DNA of 63,270 nucleotides, the filler included, from Octopus bimaculoides (Eukaryota): NCBI RefSeq assembly GCF_001194135.2. It is 7 parts of 6 records of this genome, joined end to end, with 100 filler letters (N's around TTAATTAATTAA, not from the genome) between each part and the next. Parts side by side here need not be neighbours in the genome. Positions count along the whole stretch, not along the records: positions 1 to 4,734 come from NW_026387562.1; positions 4,835 to 15,496 come from NC_068989.1; 5 more parts are not named here. One strand, written 5' to 3'. The position numbers were made by a program, and so were the translations under genes. The notes under the pieces were generated by a model. That model had not been told where the DNA came from. It did no database searches and worked only from the letters and a program-made list of their open reading frames with translations. Each line of letters starts with the position of its first letter. Within the stretch, counting starts at the first letter, position 1. Of this stretch, positions 1 through 13,454 are shown in pieces.

Positions 1-167
1 ATATATATATATATACATATATACAATATATGTGTATGTGTGTGTACATGTGTGTATGTACGTATGTACGTATACATGTATAAACACACATACACACGCA
101 TATGCACACACACACAGACACACAAATACAAACACTGACGGACAGACTGACAGACAGACAGACTAAC

Positions 168-227
<60 letters not shown>
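1..227. repeat. Compound microsatellite (TA/CA/GT, AGAC, AGAT)n
   Basis: Directly visible tandem di- and tetranucleotide runs. Confidence 0.95.
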
Positions 228-230
<3 letters not shown>

Positions 231-1299
231 GCCTTTTACCACGATGCACCTGTTTCAGTCCCAATACTAAACTGCCAAAGCAAATTCTACAAAGATAACT
301 AATTACTACGCATAAACTATTATAGTTCTCAGCTAGATCGCCGCAGTGCAGTAACGATGACAAATACCATTAGTCATTCTTTCACTCAACATCGACACTA
401 CTGTAGATCAACACTCGTTCGATCCTACTTCGCTTTTGTTCTTACAGTCATGTTGTTTGTTTTATGTGTGTAACTTGAGAAGGAACTTTAACGACCGAAA
501 TCATATATTATAAAATGAAAATAATTCGTTTTGTAGTTTTTTCTTTTTTAAATTGCATTGTTCATGGTTTAAAAACTTTCTACTTAGTATGTAACCGAAA
601 CACATACACAGACGCAAGCACGCGGGCTCACACTTGAATATACGCACATGCTCACTGCCGCCACCAAACTGCATTGTATAGTGTGTCAGAAATTCCACAT
701 TCTTAACAACCAAATGAAATTGAGCGAAGAAATAAATTAAAAAATAAGAACCTGTGTTATGTCGGCTTACGTTATTATGGCTGTTATTATTTTTGATGTT
801 GTTTGTATCGTTTTTATTGCAGATGATGTTGGTGGTGGTGGTGGTGGTTAATNNNNNNNNNNNNNNNNNNNNNNNNNNNNNNNNNNNNNNNNNNNNNNNN
901 NNNNNNNNNNNNNNNNNNNNNNNNNNNNNNNNNNNNNNNNNNNNNNNNNNNNNNNNNNNNNNNNNNNNNNNNNNNNNNNNNNNNNNNNNNNNNNNNNNNN
1001 NNNNNNNNNNNNNNNNNNNNNNNNNNNNNNNNNNNNNNNNNNNNNNNNNNNNNNNNNNNNNNNNNNNNNNNNNNNNNNNNNNNNNNNNNNNNNNNNNNNN
1101 NNNNNNNNNNNNNNNNNNNNNNNNNNNNNNNNNNNNNNNNNNNNNNNNNNNNNNNNNNNNNNNNNNNNNNNNNNNNNNNNNNNNNNNNNNNNNNNNNNNN
1201 NNNNNNNNNNNNNNNNNNNNNNNNNNNNNNNNNNNNNNNNNNNNNNNNNNNNNNNNAGCGTTTTTAATGTAAATCTCAATTAAGAAAATAATCACGATT

Positions 1300-2104
1300 A
1301 ATTGACTTAACTGGTTTCATGAAGCTGTAGTGAATGACACCAGCGCTGGACCACCAAACGGACGCCATTAGCTTTTTTGGTGAATATTCTTTTTTGAATT
1401 GTGTATTGGCACTTCATCTCTATCCAACCACCGTGCAGAACGCTTGCTATTGTTGAAAAGAATCCATTTTTCATCACACGTAAGAATACAATGCAAAAAT
1501 GGTTCGCTCTTATGCCGTGACAGCAAAGAACAGTAAGTTTCAAGACAACGTGTCGTTCAGTCTGTGTGGTACCCACTTGTCCAGTTTCTTTACCTTGCCG
1601 ATTTGTTTCAGATGGTCCAATAGAGTTGGAATCGAAATATCAAACCTTGCTGCTAAGTCACGTGTAGTTTGAGATATATCCACTTCCACTACAGTTTCCG
1701 GTTCATCGTTATCCACCTTGGTCTCAGGTCTACCACGGGCCTGATTTTCAAGAGTAAAGTCACCCGACCAGAACTTCTCAAAGCATCGACGTAGAATGCG
1801 CTCATTTGCCACATCCACACCAAAAACCTCATTGATGTTTCGAGCTGTCTGAGATGCATTGGTTCGAAGATGGAACTCATATTCATAAACAATACAAATT
1901 TTTGATCTATCCATGGATTCAAAAGAATTGGTTTGCAAAAGAAAACTCGCAATATAGTCAGAAACCATGAATTGTATTTCGAAAAGTGATGATGTAACTC
2001 TTCAATGTTGTAAAACAAAGAATTGTCAGGATAAAACATTAGAGTTAACGACTGTCAAACTTGGTACATAAGAAAATCGGACATTTCATTCTTAATGACC
2101 TGAT
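1300..2104 (-). mobile_element. Mariner transposon relic with frameshifted transposase; 3' part truncated
   Basis: ORF 1540-1968 gives the HTH region and KKLDKWVPHRL (WVPHEL motif). Another frame gives CILTCDEKWILFNNSKRSARW and KLMASVWWSSAGVIHY (first catalytic D). A TIR-like ATCAGGTCATTAAGAATGAAATGTCCG abuts the gap at 2104. Confidence 0.9.
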
Positions 2105-3039
2105 NNNNNNNNNNNNNNNNNNNNNNNNNNNNNNNNNNNNNNNNNNNNNNNNNNNNNNNNNNNNNNNNNNNNNNNNNNNNNNNNNNNNNNNNNNNNNNNN
2201 NNNNNNNNNNNNNNNNNNNNNNNNNNNNNNNNNNNNNNNNNNNNNNNNNNNNNNNNNNNNNNNNNNNNNNNNNNNNNNNNNNNNNNNNNNNNNNNNNNNN
2301 NNNNNNNNNNNNNNNNNNNNNNNNNNNNNNNNNNNNNNNNNNNNNNNNNNNNNNNNNNNNNNNNNNNNNNNNNNNNNNNNNNNNNNNNNNNNNNNNNNNN
2401 NNNNNNNNNNNNNNNNNNNNNNNNNNNNNNNNNNNNNNNNNNNNNNNNNNNNNNNNNNNNNNNNNNNNNNNNNNNNNNNNNNNNNNNNNNNNNNNNNNNN
2501 NNNNNNNNNNNNNNNNNNNNNNNNNNNNNNNNNNNNNNNNNNNNNNNNNNNNNNNNNNNNNNNNNNNNNNNNNNNNNNNNNNNNNNNNNNNNNNNNNNNN
2601 NNNNNNNNNNNNNNNNNNNNNNNNNNNNNNNNNNNNNNNNNNNNNNNNNNNNNNNNNNNNNNNNNNNNNNNNNNNNNNNNNNNNNNNNNNNNNNNNNNNN
2701 NNNNNNNNNNNNNNNNNNNNNNNNNNNNNNNNNNNNNNNNNNNNNNNNNNNNNNNNNNNNNNNNNNNNNNNNNNNNNNNNNNNNNNNNNNNNNNNNNNNN
2801 NNNNNNNNNNNNNNNNNNNNNNNNNNNNNNNNNNNNNNNNNNNNNNNNNNNNNNNNNNNNNNNNNNNNNNNNNNNNNNNNNNNNNNNNNNNNNNNNNNNN
2901 NNNNNNNNNNNNNNNNNNNNNNNNNNNNNNNNNNNNNNNNNNNNNNNNNNNNNNNNNNNNNNNNNNNNNNNNNNNNNNNNNNNNNNNNNNNNNNNNNNNN
3001 NNNNNNNNNNNNNNNNNNNNNNNNNNNNNNNNNNNNNNN

Positions 3040-3080
<41 letters not shown>

Positions 3081-5264
3081 TTCCTGTTATGCTTAGAAGC
3101 GTTGCACTTTACCAGAATTTTCGATTTGGGTCCAGCAGAACAAAACACTCCAAAATCCTTGTTATTGTGTGCGTGTAAACGAAATAAGAACAGGCCCGCT
3201 TGTATTGACTTGGAGTCGTATAACATAAGAATGAATTCAAAACAAGTAATGATATTTTGATTGCATTTGATACGAATGTTTCAGATAATTATGCAAGAGA
3301 GAGAAAAAAAAGATTTCATTTCTTACATAACATCTTCAGTTAAGATATCTCAAAATATTTTGATATGCGTCGATTGCACATGATAATAATAATAATAATA
3401 ATGACAATTCTTTGTAATTTTAGGCACAAAGCCAAAAATTTTGAGGAGTAGTACTTGAATGGTACGTCACTTCAGCGACTCAATATTTTGTTTGACGTTC
3501 TTGTGATTATATATATGGAATAAAAGCAGCTCTAGTATGATAAATATTATTAAACACATATACCACTGTATATGCTTTGTGTATTTTCCGGTGGCTGCAA
3601 TGGCGTAACGGAGTATATAACTCACACGTGGCTAGTGTTAAAACACCTTAGAGTCATGGACAGGCGAGATAACTCACCTTCAAACCCATTTGGAAGTAAT
3701 TGACATTTTTGGGGCTTGTCAACATCACGCACTCGCCTGGGTTGAAGGCAAGTCATCTAACCAGTCTAACGACTTACATGCTCATGGCTTTAAAAATCAT
3801 CAGCTAGTGTGCCCGGAAATTACATACCAAAGAGAAAATTTAAAAGCTGCGTTAGTATAATAAATAGTATAATAAATACATTTACTAATGTACTAATTAA
3901 ATACATGTACTTATCTCTTATCTCGACAGCTGTTTTGAGAAACCATAACTTATATAATAATCACATTTATATACAATAAACGCATGATGTCATAGGTGTG
4001 TGTCACACCGTAGATTCCGATAAAATTGTTGAAGCTAGTTGGACCACCCTCGAGTGAACCTCCTCGTTCATCCTTTCGGGACTCGATAAAGTACCACGTG
4101 AAGTACTAGAATTAATGTCTCCCCCACCCATCCCTCTTTCTCTCTATCTCTCTTAGTCAGTTACGTGAAGGAAACAAGAAAGGAGCGCTTTGATAGAGGG
4201 CTTTCCAGTCCTGTCATCACCTCTCTTCGCCGGACCCATGAAACAAAGATAACGGGCGACGCTCGAAGTTGAAAATTAGAAGCAAGTTTCTGATATATCG
4301 CCACACGCATATACTGGGAAGAGCAAAGAATAGGGGGGGGGGACTTCGTTCAAATCAGTTCCCAATTAGCAATGATTATATCAAACAAACCACAGAAGCT
4401 GCGAATGTCTGCGTGAAAAGACAAGACCCAAAACAAACAAAACAAAATTGATAAACTGTTCGGCTACACGTGATTTCATCACACCTTGTACAAGCTATAG
4501 ATGTATACATATTTACATGTGCAAAGACATATACTTACACGTGTGTATATACATATATGTCTATATGTACACACACACATTAGTAAGTACATTTATGTGT
4601 GTGCAGGCGTGTGTGCGCGTGTGTATGAATGTGTACATATTTATATTTACAAATTTATTTCTATATGTTTTTCTTTGTATATGTGTATATATACGTACGT
4701 ATATTTATAACTTTATATACATACATACATACATNNNNNNNNNNNNNNNNNNNNNNNNNNNNNNNNNNNNNNNNNNNNTTAATTAATTAANNNNNNNNNN
4801 NNNNNNNNNNNNNNNNNNNNNNNNNNNNNNNNNNTAGCTGAGAACTCCACAGACATGAATAACATTAACATAGTCCTCAAGGAGATTCAGCCTCCTCACA
4901 CAGAATATGACAAGGATGGCCCCTTTGAATTACACCAACAACTCGATATATATACATATATATATGATTGTATTTGGTATAGTTTAGGTTAGTTAAAACA
5001 TGTTTGCAATAATAAGCGTCGCGTGGTAGAAATAAAAACAATTACCAAACTTTCATTCATAAATCCATTTATTATTTCGTTCTTTTGCATCTCAATTTGT
5101 ACATTAATTTTCTTTGAATATGTACGAATGTATTTTAAGGTTAAATAGTAGTTCCGTTTACATTTGTGTAACAGATATTTTGGTTGGATTAAATAATCAT
5201 TGGTGTTACATTACTTTCTATATTCTGTAACTGTCACACTATACTCTTTTGTGGGGGGAGGAGG

Positions 5265-5380
5265 CAGTTGATTAGATCGTTCCCAGTATACAACTCATAC
5301 TTAATTTATCGAGCCTGAAAAGGACGAACGCCAAAGTCGATCTCGGCAGAATTTGAACTCATAACGTAAAGACGGACGGT
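5265..5380 (-). mobile_element. tRNA-derived SINE family A fragment
   Basis: Matches the recurrent GAGTTCAAATTC(C/T)GCCGAGGTCGACTTTG..TTTCATCCTTT core seen in more than ten copies in this window. Confidence 0.8.
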
Positions 5381-5689
5381 GATAATATACTAACATTCCT
5401 CATGGCACCAGTAAACTGTTTACAAAATGCTTACATTTTTAATGTTTTCCATGAATTTTTCGCGGGTCCTGCTAGTATATATAATTATTATATTGCTTTT
5501 TCTTTCGAAAAATTATGGAACTGCTTCGAAGTGCACACGGTGAGACGCTAGCTAGTAAATAATATAATTTAAAGAAGAAACAAAAATTAGATAATTATCT
5601 TGTATTTATGTCATACCTTAATACAACAAACATATTGTAATATTAAGAACATATTAAAAATATTTTTTAAGCAGATAACAGAACTAACC

Positions 5690-8600
5690 AATATATGAAA
5701 TAAGGTTAGACATGAAAATATAAACAAAAAAAATTCGATATGTGGAGTGATATAGCGAATATAAGAAAACCATATTATAATCAAACATTTTAAAAATTAG
5801 AACTAAAAATTAAATGTAAATTACATTGACGGCAGTAAGAAATCTTAGTGAGAAATTTAAAAGTCAGGGTACTATATTGTTTTAAGAATACTAAAAAAAG
5901 TTCCTTTCAGAAGCTATCGAAAATATTTTAAAAATAAAATCATCGACAGATCTACAAATGAAGACCAATTATAAACATGCCAAACACACTACTCTTCAAG
6001 AGTAATGTGTCATTAGTAACATATATTACAATCTGATATCAAATTTGAACTTACTAGACAGAACACAACCATATACTCCAAGAACATTGCTATATATAGT
6101 ATCATAAATCTGATTTTTAATCAACACCATCCTTAAGACTCATATGCCCAACCAAATCTGACTTGAGGAAAGATTAGCACATGTATAATAGTTAGTAAAT
6201 GTATAATATAATAGTATTATAATAGATAGTAATATAATAGATAGTAAATACCTCAAACCAAAAGCAAAGCTGATCTTCTCTTATGGAATTCGACGGGAGA
6301 CGTAAATACATGGACGTAATTATAGATAAAGAACACTCATTTCATACACTTTGATATCTCTATTATGCATCTGTTTCACCCATCCGCGTAAGTAAGGCAC
6401 TAATATTCACCTACAACAGATATAGATATAAAATTAGCCACAAGAAAGACTGATTAATTTCAATGGACATAAGTGGATTAGATCTGATTCAATGGACTGC
6501 TTTCACATAACTGTGGGATCATCAGATTGAACTTAGTGACTGATTTAGCATGCACGTGTCTTTTGTCTGAGATTAAAAATAGTTTCCCTAATACATCTAG
6601 TGGTCTCTATGGGGATGATGCGCTCATTGCTACTGACGGATTATGTAAATCAGGGGTAGAAAGGATTAAGAAATTCTTAAGATACCGCTTAGAATTCCTT
6701 AATCTTAATATGGTATATGAATCGAATACCCATACCATAAGCTCAATCAAATAATACAATATATAAACGATTCCTCAAATAATTTAACATCTACCATTAA
6801 CAGTTTAGTCAAGGCTATATCGATAAGGAGTGTTAGTTTTTCGGCTAGTGAGGAAATATTCAATGCGCACGCGTCTGATTATAATGAAGCCTTAAAATTA
6901 AGTAGCTTTAGTATCCAAATTCTTGTATACCTGATACTAAACTTAAAACGAAATTATCTAACAACTCTAATTCTAACTTGGAATCGACTAAAATGGATGC
7001 CCCAATGGAACGTATGAGTAAAAAAAAAGCCTGTAGGACCCAACAATAAACGCAGATCTTTTACCCAAGAACAACTTAATACGTCTAAACAATCTAAATC
7101 TAGATATCGGGAAGTAATTTGGTTTCCCCACCTTTCTCCCTTGGTGTTAAAATCCTACCTAAACTATTCTTTAAATTCGTAAGTTATAATTTTCCAAAAC
7201 ATCGCAGATATTATCTAATATGTAACAAATCTTCTATAAAATTGTCTTACTTTAAAATGCCAAATTTGGGTCCATAAAGCACGGTATATTAAATAGAGAC
7301 TTTTTCATTCTGGTTTCTCTTTTATCATTCTTTATTACCCAGAATACTTCATAATTTCTTTAAATTTCTACTTTCCCATCATGCCTAGCCATTGTTTTAC
7401 ATATATAAGTGTGAATCATTAGAAAAATAGCCTATATCTAACTGGTGGCTAGCATAACGTAACTTTAAATGAAATTTCCTAACCTTCTATCTTCTTTTGA
7501 AATTTGCTGTCTATTTTCTTGATGAAGAGGAGATTGCCTATATGTGAATTATAAACGTTACATCTTACCAGGACAAATGAACTCTTGAAAAGGCCGTAGA
7601 TATACTTCTTACCTGTTATTATACCATACTATATATATATATTTAGAATTCTTAAAACAAATATATTTCTCTCACTTAAATTCATCATTAAGGTGTATCA
7701 CTGCCACCAATGAAATTTCTCACTTTTAATATTTAATTCTAAATTTTTAATTTTTAAGTTTTAATAAGGTTTTCTTATATTCGCTACATCACACCACATA
7801 TCGAATTTTTCTTGTTTATATTTTCATGTATATCCTTATTACGTATATTTCTTATTTCTATTATATTCTAATCGATAAGGATTTCCAATCATTCGGCTAG
7901 TAAGGAAATATTCAATGCGCACGCACCTGATTATATTCAAGCCTTAAAATTAAGCGGGTTTAGCAACCAATTTTTTATATACCCGATACTAAACTTAAAA
8001 CGAAACTATATAACAACTCTAATTCTAACTTGGAATCAACTAAAATGGATGCCTCATTGGAACGTATAAGTACAAATTGCCTGTAGGTAATTATATTAAC
8101 TCTAATAGAATAGGACCCAACAATAAACGTTGATCTTTTGCTCAAGAACAACTTAATATGTCTAAACAATGTAAATCGAGAAATCGAGAAATAATTTGGT
8201 TTGCCCCACCTTTCTCCCTTAGTGTTAAAAACCTACCTAAGCTATTCTTTAAATTCCTGAGATACAATTTTCCAAAACATCATAAATATTATCCAATATG
8301 TAATAAATCTCCTCTAAAATTGTCTTACTCTACAATGCCAAATTTGGGATCAATTATTGCATCCATAAATAACTGTAAAATCCAATGTCAAACAATTAGA
8401 GCTTCAAACAATGATAAGAAATCAAATATAAATGTGAATAACAATAATATAAATATTTCCGGAACACCAAATACGCATCATTCAATATCAAATTTCTCAT
8501 ACATCGATAGCTTTGAATCAAGTAAGTCCATTCAAAAAACAAAAAATTAATAATAGCAGCCATAAAACAAGGAAATATGTAATTGTGGAGAAACTAATTT

Positions 8601-9190
8601 ACGTCCACTTGAAGGATTTTGCCTCCGCAAACATGTGGTATATAATCACACTGTAATACTAGATAAATACCATGCTAGAAACTTATATACGTAATGCTAT
8701 TGATTTAAAGAAATACATAGAACTCGTTTAAATTCTTTTACCTATATTAAATATAGAAATTCAATAACTTTCGCCTCCTATGTACATAATCTAAGAGAGA
8801 GTAATATTACTTTCATTATATCATGGTCTATAACATCGAATGCCCTTCCCTGTATGCTATTATGGATAAATGTAATTTGTGCATTAAGGAATCTTACATT
8901 ATTCTTAGATTGTATAATTCGGGTATGTTAAATGAATTTTCCGATACGATACCTTCATCGTTATACATTATTGATATCTTTGCAATAAAAATTCGGAATG
9001 ATCCTTCATTACTTACCTTGATTTACAGGTCAACCTCTGATTGTCATTCTGGGATTACAATGTCCCATTATGTTCCTTTGCTCTTATTGCGCGAGATATT
9101 TCTAACTCTATATCATTCTCTGCCTTACAACATATTTGGCATAAATACGATTGTTTACCATTTATTTATCCCGTCAAATTTTACTGAATG
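5690..9190 (+). mobile_element. Degenerate Penelope-like retroelement complex (Naiad/Chlamys-like), with RT, linker and GIY-YIG fragments
   Basis: GLYGDDAL at ~6600 (YRDD-type RT core); REIIWFAPPFSLSVK..FFKFL..FPKHHKY..CNK..LKLSYSTMPN in ORF 8158-8550; CNCGETNLRPLEGFCLRKHVVY at ~8578; MDKCNLCIKESY in the endonuclease C-terminal region. Direct repeat 6819-7275 / 7871-8355 and inverted repeat 5691-5893 / 7642-7850. Confidence 0.82.
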
Positions 9191-10325
9191 ACTTTTTGAG
9201 AGGAAAAATTGTCTTCGTTATATTAGCTTTGGGATGAATACATCAATTGATCTGACTAGAACAGAAAACCAGTAGGTAATAGAAAGTACAAGTATCCATA
9301 CGCACAAAGAATGCATTCGTACATATATACATACACATACGTACACGTGTATATATATATATATATATNNNNNNNNNNNNNNNNNNNNNNNNNNNNNNNN
9401 NNNNNNNNNNNNNNNNNNNNNNNNNNNNNNNNNNNNNNNNNNNNNNNNNNNNNNNNNNNNNNNNNNNNNNNNNNNNNNNNNNNNNNNNNNNNNNNNNNNN
9501 NNNNNNNNNNNNNNNNNNNNNNNNNNNNNNNNNNNNNNNNNNNNNNNNNNNNNNNNNNNNNNNNNNNNNNNNNNNNNNNNNNNNNNNNNNNNNNNNNNNN
9601 NNNNNNNNNNNNNNNNNNNNNNNNNNNNNNNNNNNNNNNNNNNNNNNNNNNNNNNNNNNNNNNNNNNNNNNNNNNNNNNNNNNNNNNNNNNNNNNNNNNN
9701 NNNNNNNNNNNNNNNNNNNNNNNNNNNNNNNNNNNNNNNNNNNNNNNNNNNNNNNNNNNNNNNNNNNNNNNNNNNNNNNNNNNNNNNNNNNNNNNNNNNN
9801 NNNNNNNNNNNNNNNNNNNNNNNNNNNNNNNNNNNNNNNNNNNNNNNNNNNNNNNNNNNNNNNNNNNNNNNNNNNNNNNNNNNNNNNNNNNNNNNNNNNN
9901 NNNNNNNNNNNNNNNNNNNNNNNNNNNNNNNNNNNNNNNNNNNNNNNNNNNNNNNNNNNNNNNNNNNNNNNNNNNNNNNNNNNNNNNNNNNNNNNNNNNN
10001 NNNNNNNNNNNNNNNNNNNNNNNNNNNNNNNNNNNNNNNNNNNNNNNNNNNNNNNNNNNNNNNNNNNNNNNNNNNNNNNNNNNNNNNNNNNNNNNNNNNN
10101 NNNNNNNNNNNNNNNNNNNNNNNNNNNNNNNNNNNNNNNNNNNNNNNNNNNNNNNNNNNNNNNNNNNNNNNNNNNNNNNNNNNNNNNNNNNNNNNNNNNN
10201 NNNNNNNNNNNNNNNNNNNNNNNNNNNNNNNNNNNNNNNNNNNNNNNNNNNNNNNNNNNNNNNNNNNNNNNNNNNNNNNNNNNNNNNNNNNNNNNNNNNN
10301 NNNNNNNNNNNNNNNNNNNNNNNNN

Positions 10326-10362
<37 letters not shown>

Positions 10363-11007
10363 CAGAGCGAGGAGGAGAGGAAGAGACATATGCATATATT
10401 GGATTTACAACATCGAGGCATATGGCAAACTGGAATTCCGAAAAGGGACACAATACAGTAGTCATTACTGCAGATATTATTGAGAAAAATTCCAACTTTT
10501 TGTCACTGCCAGCGAGCAGTTATCTCATTATTACAATGTTTACATTTCAAATGTTTGATGAGAGAAAGCTAAAGATGAAACACCGAAAGACGTAGAAATC
10601 AGGAAAGCTGAATTTCGTAAATGTAAATGTATCACTTAATTTAGAAAGAAATTTACTGTCTAATTTGCAGTAGTTAACGAGTGTTTATTTGGTGGAAGCA
10701 ATGAAGTGAATCATATGTGAAATAAAGAGGTACGGCATGCAAGCATCAAATGATTGGAAAGAAGGAATTTTATGTTCTGTGTGTGAATTTTGGGGAGTAA
10801 ATCAATAAATGATTGATTTGCTATTTTCAGCAATTGCTTCTATATATTTGAAGTATCCCTTGTTTAGAAATTTTATATATTTAATTGAATTCGTAGTCCA
10901 GAGTCAAGATGCGGTAAAGTTTGTTTTTCCGAAATTAAATATATCACAAACATTCGATGCTATATAATTATACAGAAATGTTTTCTGGTTACATAAGAAA
11001 CCTACAG

Positions 11008-11191
11008 AGTGTATGATAGCGATGGCATGTTGATATGTTATAGCTACGAAAGTACAGCGAATGAATTCCTAAACCTGAGTGTAGAAATGGGTTCCTGTCA
11101 TATTATGAAGTGTCGTTTTACTTTAAATTGTTTCCGCCGAGTTTTAAAATCAGAAAAATCACTCGACATACGAAACTACGAAATTCATAGT
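11008..11191 (+). CDS. Candidate upstream exon of the DH-PH gene
   Basis: Open frame VYDSDGMLICYSYESTANEFLNLSVEMGSCHIMKCRFTLNCFRRVLKSEKSLDIRNYEIHS ends in phase 0 at a GTAAGG donor, compatible with the phase-0 exon at 16121. The acceptor (CCTACAG) is weak and the peptide is not recognised. Confidence 0.35.
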
Positions 11192-11959
11192 GTAAGGAGC
11201 ACTATACATAGAGTGACATACGAAGGAGCCATCGACTAGTAAGTTCTTCGTAACATTTTGATTCTATCTTTAAGCAGGCATCAAAACATTTGTTATTTAA
11301 GCAGTTCAATAAGGTATTATCCAACATATTCTCGTTAGATATATCACTTACTTGGACCTAAATATTAAATCTGTATGTAGTGTCGCGCTTCTTTTCACTG
11401 GTGAACCTAATTTACCTCAAGTCTAACACATAGATTATAAATATTATAGCATAGCACTATAAGTTGAAACTGGAAACTTCTTAAGACACGTGCTCTTAAA
11501 AAATATCCCTTACGTTACAAGTACAATTTGTCTTACATTAAACTAGCAGCACACTTGGGAAAGTCAGGAACTCCACGGTATTTCTGTCCCCATATTGTTC
11601 GGATATCTACTACATAAAGAACACAGCCTGTATCCATAATTCATGGTTATATGTAGTAATGTGCTTTATTCCTGTTACACATTAAATATTTTATAAACAA
11701 GTGAGTATTGCAAATTGTATTATCATACATTTGCATAACGAGTGTAGGTAATGCAAATATAGAAACTCAGTAACAGGAGTGTGTTCAAAATAAAAGTTAG
11801 CGTATATTAATATAGATGAATCTGGGTTCTCGCAAAAATCGAACATATTATATACAAAATGTATCTGTGAGTGTGTATATATGTCATTATGTGTGTCTTC
11901 TTTCGTATGCATGTGTGTGTATGTGTGTGTGTGTGTGCGACATTCATAAAGTGAAAAAT

Positions 11960-12700
11960 TCAAAAAGAATAACTAATCAAACACTTACCTTAAGCAAAAG
12001 GCAACCACATAACCTAAAGAAACTATTAACAGTGGCAAAATCCAACATGAACAAACAGGATAAAACATTCACAGTAACCAAGTGTAATGATAACAGATGT
12101 GAAAAGAGTCAATACATGTACACCTGTAGATCCATTAGAATAAAAAATGGACAGATTTTCGCAAATGCAGATATGAAATGCAAAAGCAGATATTTGATAA
12201 ACTGCATTAAATGCCCGAATTGCGAGGAAATGTATATACGCGAAACAGAATGTATTATTGGAACGCACACGAGTCCACAGACAACGGAACACCAATTTTC
12301 GCCAAATTCCATTGAGCGAACATTTAGGGACATGCGGTCAGAAATTATTTCTAATTTATCCTTTCCACAAACTATGTGACACAAGTGATGTTGGAAGAAA
12401 TATAAAAGAGAAACGATTCATTAAGACGTTCAAACCTGTTCTAAACGGAAATAACAACAATAATATAAGAACCAGTTAATGATGTAGATTAAAAAATATC
12501 TCTAACATATCAATATAAACAAATTACAGAATATCGGTACGCCTAGAAAACCATGAAATTTAAGCTACCTGCGGATTGGGCAAAACCGTATTCTAAAAAT
12601 TCAGCTTGTTGTAGCGTTCAAAGAGGTACTACAATTGTCAAGAACTCAACTGTCAGTTAAACACATTTAAAATCTCATGATTACTCTATGTATAAGAGCG
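11960..12700 (+). mobile_element. Penelope-like element 3' fragment (Neptune-like GIY-YIG endonuclease and 3' terminus)
   Basis: SKRQPHNLKKLLT; CNDNRC..C; CKSRYLINCIKCPNCEEMYIRET; RTRVHRQ; EHLGTC; RNIKEKRFIKTFKPVLN. This is the Cys/His-rich GIY-YIG pattern of PLEs, here frameshifted. Confidence 0.85.
12564..12615 (+). ncRNA. Degenerate type I hammerhead-like motif at the PLE 3' end
   Basis: Stem I GCTAC/GTAGC encloses CTGCGGA (CUGANGA with A6>C), stem II TTGGG/TCTAA and a corrupted GAAA-CAGCTG segment. Confidence 0.4.
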
Positions 12701-12756
12701 GTAATTTAACTTTTTGAGTATCACAAAATATTTTTTAATGTTAAAATACCATAATA

Positions 12757-12764
12757 CACACACA

Positions 12765-12860
<96 letters not shown>

Positions 12861-12862
12861 TA
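12757..12862. repeat. (CA)n microsatellite
   Basis: Directly visible. Confidence 0.95.
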
Positions 12863-13060
12863 TAAGAGGTTTTATATCCAGAGGACAAAAAGACAGGTAA
12901 GACTATATAGGTGCTGCGGAAGGACCACTGTTAGACTCCCGGATCGATAATTATATGAATGAGGAGTCTTGCGCGGGTCGTGTGTGAGCGTGTATATGTT
13001 GAAAGAAATGAGAAACAAAGCAAGGTTATTGTGAAATTTCTACGACATTTATAAAGAGAA

Positions 13061-13119
13061 ATATAGTCTTACAGCTGTTTCCGGGATATAAAGGGGTATC
13101 CCATCAACAGAGACGATAT
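13061..13119 (-). ncRNA. Minimal type I hammerhead ribozyme motif with one core substitution
   Basis: Minus strand reads ATATCGTCT-CTGTTGA-TGGGATA cccctt tatATCCCG-GAAAC-AGCT-GTA-AGACTATAT. Stem I is GTCT/AGAC, stem II is GGGATA/TATCCC, and the stem III loop AGCT is palindromic. A6 is replaced by U. Confidence 0.7.
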
Positions 13120-13454
13120 GGGAGTTAAACAGAAGGAAATAGTAGAGTTCAATATAAAGGTTTATTTTGGAAAAGAACAGATATAGGAAGTATAACGGGA
13201 AATATGAGAATATAAATTAAAATATATGTTGGATGATACAGTTGCAGTCCAAGAAATGTGCTGTGTAAAATGGGTAAAGAAGCTTCTTGCCCATGGTATG
13301 TAAATTTATAAAGGAGTTCATATTTTGTTATTATAAATGGATAGTGTGTGGATATTAATTCCATGTGCTGCTCATTCATGGGGTAAGTTGATACATAGAA
13401 GAGAAGATATAAGTATGTTAGAAGGTAGAAAAAATGGTATTGATAAAAAGGATT

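Noticed and set aside
3755-3812. Minus-strand CTGATGA..GAGCATGT as a decayed hammerhead
   Set aside because: GAAA is missing and stems I and II do not pair, so it is too degenerate to support.
9030-9075. Hammerhead at the 3' end of the Naiad-like copy
   Set aside because: Only CTGA and a weak hairpin are present, with no GAAAC.
501-10495. Long ORFs in the track made mostly of X (e.g. 2045-3260, 9218-10495; also 48919-49635 in part and 54570-55210)
   Set aside because: They are open only because N runs contain no stop codons.
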